A program made the position numbers and the translations under genes. Below, one piece after another: positions 55,324 to 64,000 of a stretch of DNA of 64,000 nucleotides (its first letter is position 1; every line of letters begins with the position of its first letter). The notes beneath the pieces were generated by a model that saw only the letters and a list, made by a program, of their open reading frames with translations, had not been told where the DNA came from and ran no database searches. This DNA is from Octopus vulgaris. Its lineage: Eukaryota. Location of the stretch: positions 5,518,001-5,582,000 of the forward strand of contig OX597818.1 in NCBI GenBank assembly GCA_951406725.2, read 5' to 3'.

Positions 55324-55679
55324 GAGTGAGAGAGCAGTGCAAGCCATAAAGTGACACTGGGTTAAAAAAAAAAAAGAAGCCCAGTATACCCATCATGACT
55401 ACCCGTCTGATAAGGGTGCACCAGGCACATGTATCACAACCATATGTGCGCGACATGAAGATCTCATATCAAGATAAACAACGCATGATCTTGCAGGTGG
55501 GGCCCAGTTAGAATTTTCTTCTGGCCGAGTAGCCCATCCCGCTCAAAAGTTCCCTGAATAAGGGTTGTTTAAGGATGTTGAATGAAGCACTCATGTTTCC
55601 AGAGGGGAAGTACTCAAGCCCCAAATAATCCCTCTGAACACATGACTATGATGTTCCCTCAGTACTTCTGCTCATGATC
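55324..55679 (-). mobile_element. 5'-truncated copy of the ~550-bp element, 3' end in (TAA)n
   Basis: Reverse complement of ~62406-62758; followed on its own strand by the (TAA)n/(GAA)n tract at 55266-55323. Confidence 0.9.
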
Positions 55680-55689
55680 TCATACTTAC

Positions 55690-56830
55690 AGACAAAAAGT
55701 TTCGCAGAGTAGGCGCTATTTTATACATTTCCAGGCATTTCACCACATAAAATCGTTGAGATTTTCGCGGATGCATAGTATAGGTGGTTGAGATCTATGT
55801 TATCCGCATCATTAGCTGAAATTATATCCTGAAGTGCAAGGTGGATGTTGCCAATTATTTTCAGGTTTTGGTTAGAATCGCTGCTTTTTAGGAGAGTATC
55901 GCGTTCATCTATACTGGTTTCTTTAATTTTCAGCCATCCAATCATGATTTGATTTTTTAGCTCATGTAGTTAGGTCAATATTTGTGTGACTTTCTTCATG
56001 TATTTGATTTTCATCTGTCTTTGTGTTTATGATTGGTTCAGAGAGTATTTCACTTTGCCTATGACTTACATTAACTCTGTCAATCCTTACTGCGCTTTTA
56101 TCAGCCCTGGGTTGGTCTATAATTTTTTTCCTCTCTAGTATCTTCTTTAGCTTTTTATCCGTTACTGCTTGTTTAATTTGGTCAATCTCTACATCAGTCA
56201 GTAATTTTTTTTATAATGTTTCTTTTGGCGTTGGCAAGTTTGTTACTGTCTGCGTAGGGTCTTACTTCCGGGTGTTTTTGTCTCCAGTTTAAGTTGGTTT
56301 GTACAGTATTAGATTTATCTGTGGGGAAATATATGGCATGGTAGAAGGCCGTAAGTACATCTTTATTATCTTCCCTAGACCATTTTTTATTCTGTTTCTT
56401 TTGGTTATTTGATGACGGGCATAGATGGCCATCTGTTGGAATATACCGTTGTGGGGTACGTCCAGATCCTGTGTGTCGGGAAGATTTGAATCAGTAGCTG
56501 ATTTTTCAATCCGAATCTGGTTCAATATTCGGATATGTGGTATTTTGTAATCCGATTGATGACCATTGCGGTTTGCAATTTGTTTTGTTAACAGTGAGGC
56601 ATGACGAGCTTTGACGCTTCCATTGGGAGACGGATCTGTCTGTCTAGGGTTAATTTTTTGCGGCAACACCGTCTCCGTGTTCTCTGCATGTAAACCTCGT
56701 TCGTAGCGTATCTTCTTAAGGCTAGCAGATCTAAATTTGTCTGAATTTTTTGTTGATAGATTTATCTCGGAACATAGTTTTTTTTGAGGTGTTTTTTAAA
56801 CTTATGAATGGTTCAGTCTGTCTGTCTTAG
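55690..56830 (-). mobile_element. 5' part (ORF N-terminus) of an R4/Dong-like element
   Basis: KWSREDNKDVLTAFY...WR.KHP...KLAN...LTDVEI and DLNHLYYASA motifs, comparable to the N-terminus at 3550-3700. Confidence 0.7.
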
Positions 56831-56852
56831 TTCGAAAAAATGAATGCTTTGT

Positions 56853-59244
<2,392 letters not shown>

Positions 59245-59302
59245 TGATAATAATAATAATAATAATAATGATAATAATAATAATGATAATAATAATGATG
59301 AT

Positions 59303-59367
<65 letters not shown>

Positions 59368-59389
59368 TAATAATAATAATAATAATGAT

Positions 59390-59888
59390 AGAGTCTTATC
59401 ACCTGCAGAATATAAAGCAAGATATGACAGATTTGGCCAGTATTTACATTGGACAATATGTCGGTATTATAAAATCAAAGCCGCTGGCAAATGATATAAA
59501 CACCATCCTGAAGCTGTGACTGAGGGAGAAAATCTGTTGATTCTATGGGACTTCCCCATACAGACCGACAAGGCTATAAAAGCTAATAAACCGGATATTA
59601 ATATAAAAGATCAGACAAAACAGATGTGTATATTAATTGACATGAGTATCTCTTGCGATCACAATATAGCGGCGAAAGAATTTGACAAGATTAGTAAATA
59701 TAAAGACCTGCTGATAGAAATTGAAAAAATGTGGCATCTCAAGTCGACTACACTACCAGTGATTGTAGTATCTCTAAGTATGATAAAAAAAGGTACTGAA
59801 ACCTATTTGAAAATGATTCCAGGCTTACCATCCCTAACTGGAACGGCTCATGTACTGAGAAAAGCATTATCACTGTGAAACAGCATTC

Positions 59889-59889
<1 letters not shown>
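59390..59889 (+). mobile_element. 3' RLE fragment of a different Dong-like family
   Basis: ILWDFPIQTDK.IKANKPDI...IDMS..KISKYKDL.IEI.KMW..GTAHVLRKALS; TAA flanks. Confidence 0.88.
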
Positions 59890-61327
<1,438 letters not shown>

Positions 61328-61330
<3 letters not shown>

Positions 61331-62171
61331 ACTGGACTAAACTAAACGCAAAAGAAATAGACAAAGAAAAATCCCAGCAATGGTTGAGAAGCTCAGGACT
61401 CAAAGCAGAAACAGAGGGATTTTTAATTGCAGCACAAGACCAAAGCCTCCCCACCAGAAATTACCAAAAACATGTAATGAAAAGAAATATTACAAGTAAC
61501 TGCAGAATATGTGGAGATGGACAAGAAACAATAAATCATATTATCTCTAGCTGCCCAGTCCTGGCTAAGAAGGAATGTATTCACAGACATGACAGAGTTG
61601 GAACTTACATACATTGGAAGCTATGCCAACATTATGGAATAACAACAGAAAAAAGATGGTATAGGCACACACCAGAAAAGGTCACAGAAAACGAGAAATC
61701 AACCATACTCTGGGATATGCCGATACACACAGATAGAGAAATTAAGGCCAACAGACCAGATATAGTTGTCAGAGACCATGAAGAAAAAAAAATGCTTTCT
61801 AATTGATGTATCAGTACCGGCAGATGACAACCTGTCTCTAAAAGAAATGGAGAAACTCTCAAAATACAAACACCTGGAAATAGAGGTAACTAGAATGTGG
61901 AATCTGAAAACAGAAACAATTCCTATCATAGTAGGTGCATTAGGCATGATAAAAAAATATTCAGACAAATACATAACAAAAACATCAGGACTTACAAACA
62001 CATATAACATACAGAAAATTGCACTACTAGGCACTGCACACATCCTACGCAGAACACTTTCCATACAATAACCATCAGAGCATCACAACAAATCACAGCA
62101 CATACCCAAGGCACACAGAGCTGCGCTCGGTAGTGAAGTGAAAGCACGCTATAAAAATAAAAATAAAACTA

Positions 62172-62174
<3 letters not shown>
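61328..62174 (+). mobile_element. Second 5'-truncated copy of the young Dong-like family
   Basis: Near-identical to 58361-59200; one extra A near 61790 causes a frameshift; same 3' end CTACTG|AATAAT. Confidence 0.95.
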
Positions 62175-62204
<30 letters not shown>

Positions 62205-62205
<1 letters not shown>

Positions 62206-62758
62206 GCCCTGATGCAGTACCAGGCAGTGGCTCTCATGGCTTCTGATCTTAACTGATTGGAAGTGTTATCATGTACATTGTTTTGTCTTGGTATAAAAGA
62301 TGGGCTACAGCAAATATTCTGCTCAATACCACAGATTTGCTTGTCAGTTGTTTGACCTTAACCAGTTGAGCATGTCCCTTAGTGGCTGACGATATGTGCA
62401 TCTCTGATCACGAGCAGAAGTAGTGGGGGAGCATCATAGCCATGTGTTGAGAAGGATTCTTTGGGGTTTGAATAATTCACCTCTGGAAACATGGGTGTTT
62501 CGTTCAACATCCTTAAACAACCCTTATTCAGGGACCTTTTGAGCGGGATGGGTTACTCGATCTGAAGAAAATACTAACTGGGCTCAACCTGCAAGGTCAT
62601 GTGCTGTTTATCTTGATATGAGATCACCATGTCGCGCACATATGGTTGTGATGCATGTGCCTGGTGTACCCTTATCAGACGGGTAGTCATGATGGGTATA
62701 CTGGGCTTTTATATTTTACCCCAGTGTCACTTTGATGGCATGCTCTGCTCGCTCACTC
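62205..62758 (+). mobile_element. ~550-bp non-coding element flanked by (TAA)n (longest copy)
   Basis: Four copies in the window; three share the 3' end CTCACTC|AATAAT; no convincing ORF. Confidence 0.9.
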
Positions 62759-63083
<325 letters not shown>

Positions 63084-63087
63084 GAGA

Positions 63088-63380
63088 TTTGAATAATTCA
63101 CCTCTGGAAACATGGGTGGTTCTTTCAACATCCTTAAACAACCCTTATTCGGGGACCTTTTGAGCGGGATGGGCTACTCAACCTGAAGAAAATTCTAACT
63201 GGGCCCCACCTGCAAGGTCATGTGCTGTTTATCTTGATATGAGATCACCATGTCGCGCACATATGGTTGTGATGCATGTGCCTAGTGTACCCTTATCAGA
63301 CGGGTAGTCATGATGGGTATATTGAGCTTCGTATATTTTACCCCAGTGTCACTTTGATGGCTTGCACTGCTCTCTCACTC
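63088..63380 (+). mobile_element. 5'-truncated copy of the ~550-bp element
   Basis: Matches ~62467-62758; (TAA)n on both sides. Confidence 0.92.
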
Positions 63381-63633
<253 letters not shown>

Positions 63634-64000
63634 CCAATTTTATGCATTCACTCATATTTCATATTTGCCTTTTCACCAATAAACATAAATTCTAGTGTTG
63701 TCAAAAACATCTTATTAGGCTATACGCTGGGTCTTGGGTATGAAACTTAACTTCATCCAGCTCATGACTCCAGTTGGTGAAGTTTGGGTTATCGGGAAGA
63801 ATGGAGTTACTCCATAGTCGCCAATTTTCCCTCATCAGCTCAGACCCGAGGTGCTAGTACGTATTAGGGTCCCATCTATGGATTAAATCGTCTTAGTAGC
63901 AAGGATATTGAACAGACTCGACGTGTCAAGAGCTTGGGTCATGGACATGTCTTGTAGCATGCAGTAGATACCCTAGTCTAGGTAACTGCCACTACAGCAC

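Noticed and set aside
63780-63845. Minus-strand CTGATGA followed by a GGGAA..TTCCC stem
   Set aside because: It is followed by GATA rather than GAAA and has no stem III or UH site, so it is not a supportable hammerhead.

Overview
AT-rich, microsatellite-rich eukaryotic non-genic DNA. The SINE families and repeat mix look like an octopus/cephalopod genome (inference, not database-checked). I found no intact host gene, rRNA, tRNA or CRISPR array. The window is a transposon graveyard: R4/Dong-like RLE non-LTR retrotransposons sitting in (TAA)n tracts, Penelope-like elements (PLEs), Tx1/L1, CR1-like and RTE LINE fragments, a Gypsy fragment, Tc1 and mariner DNA transposons, non-autonomous Helitrons and tRNA-derived SINEs. 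Three things stand out. (1) At least four well-formed and several degenerate minimal type I hammerhead ribozymes with palindromic stem III, one inside a 431-nt tandem unit resembling a retrozyme. (2) A ~550-bp non-coding element in four copies that shares the (TAA)n niche with Dong-like retrotransposons and is a candidate non-autonomous partner. (3) Several heavily decayed stretches with class A GPCR motifs, possibly a dead receptor cluster (moderate to low confidence). Boundaries of degenerate elements are approximate.
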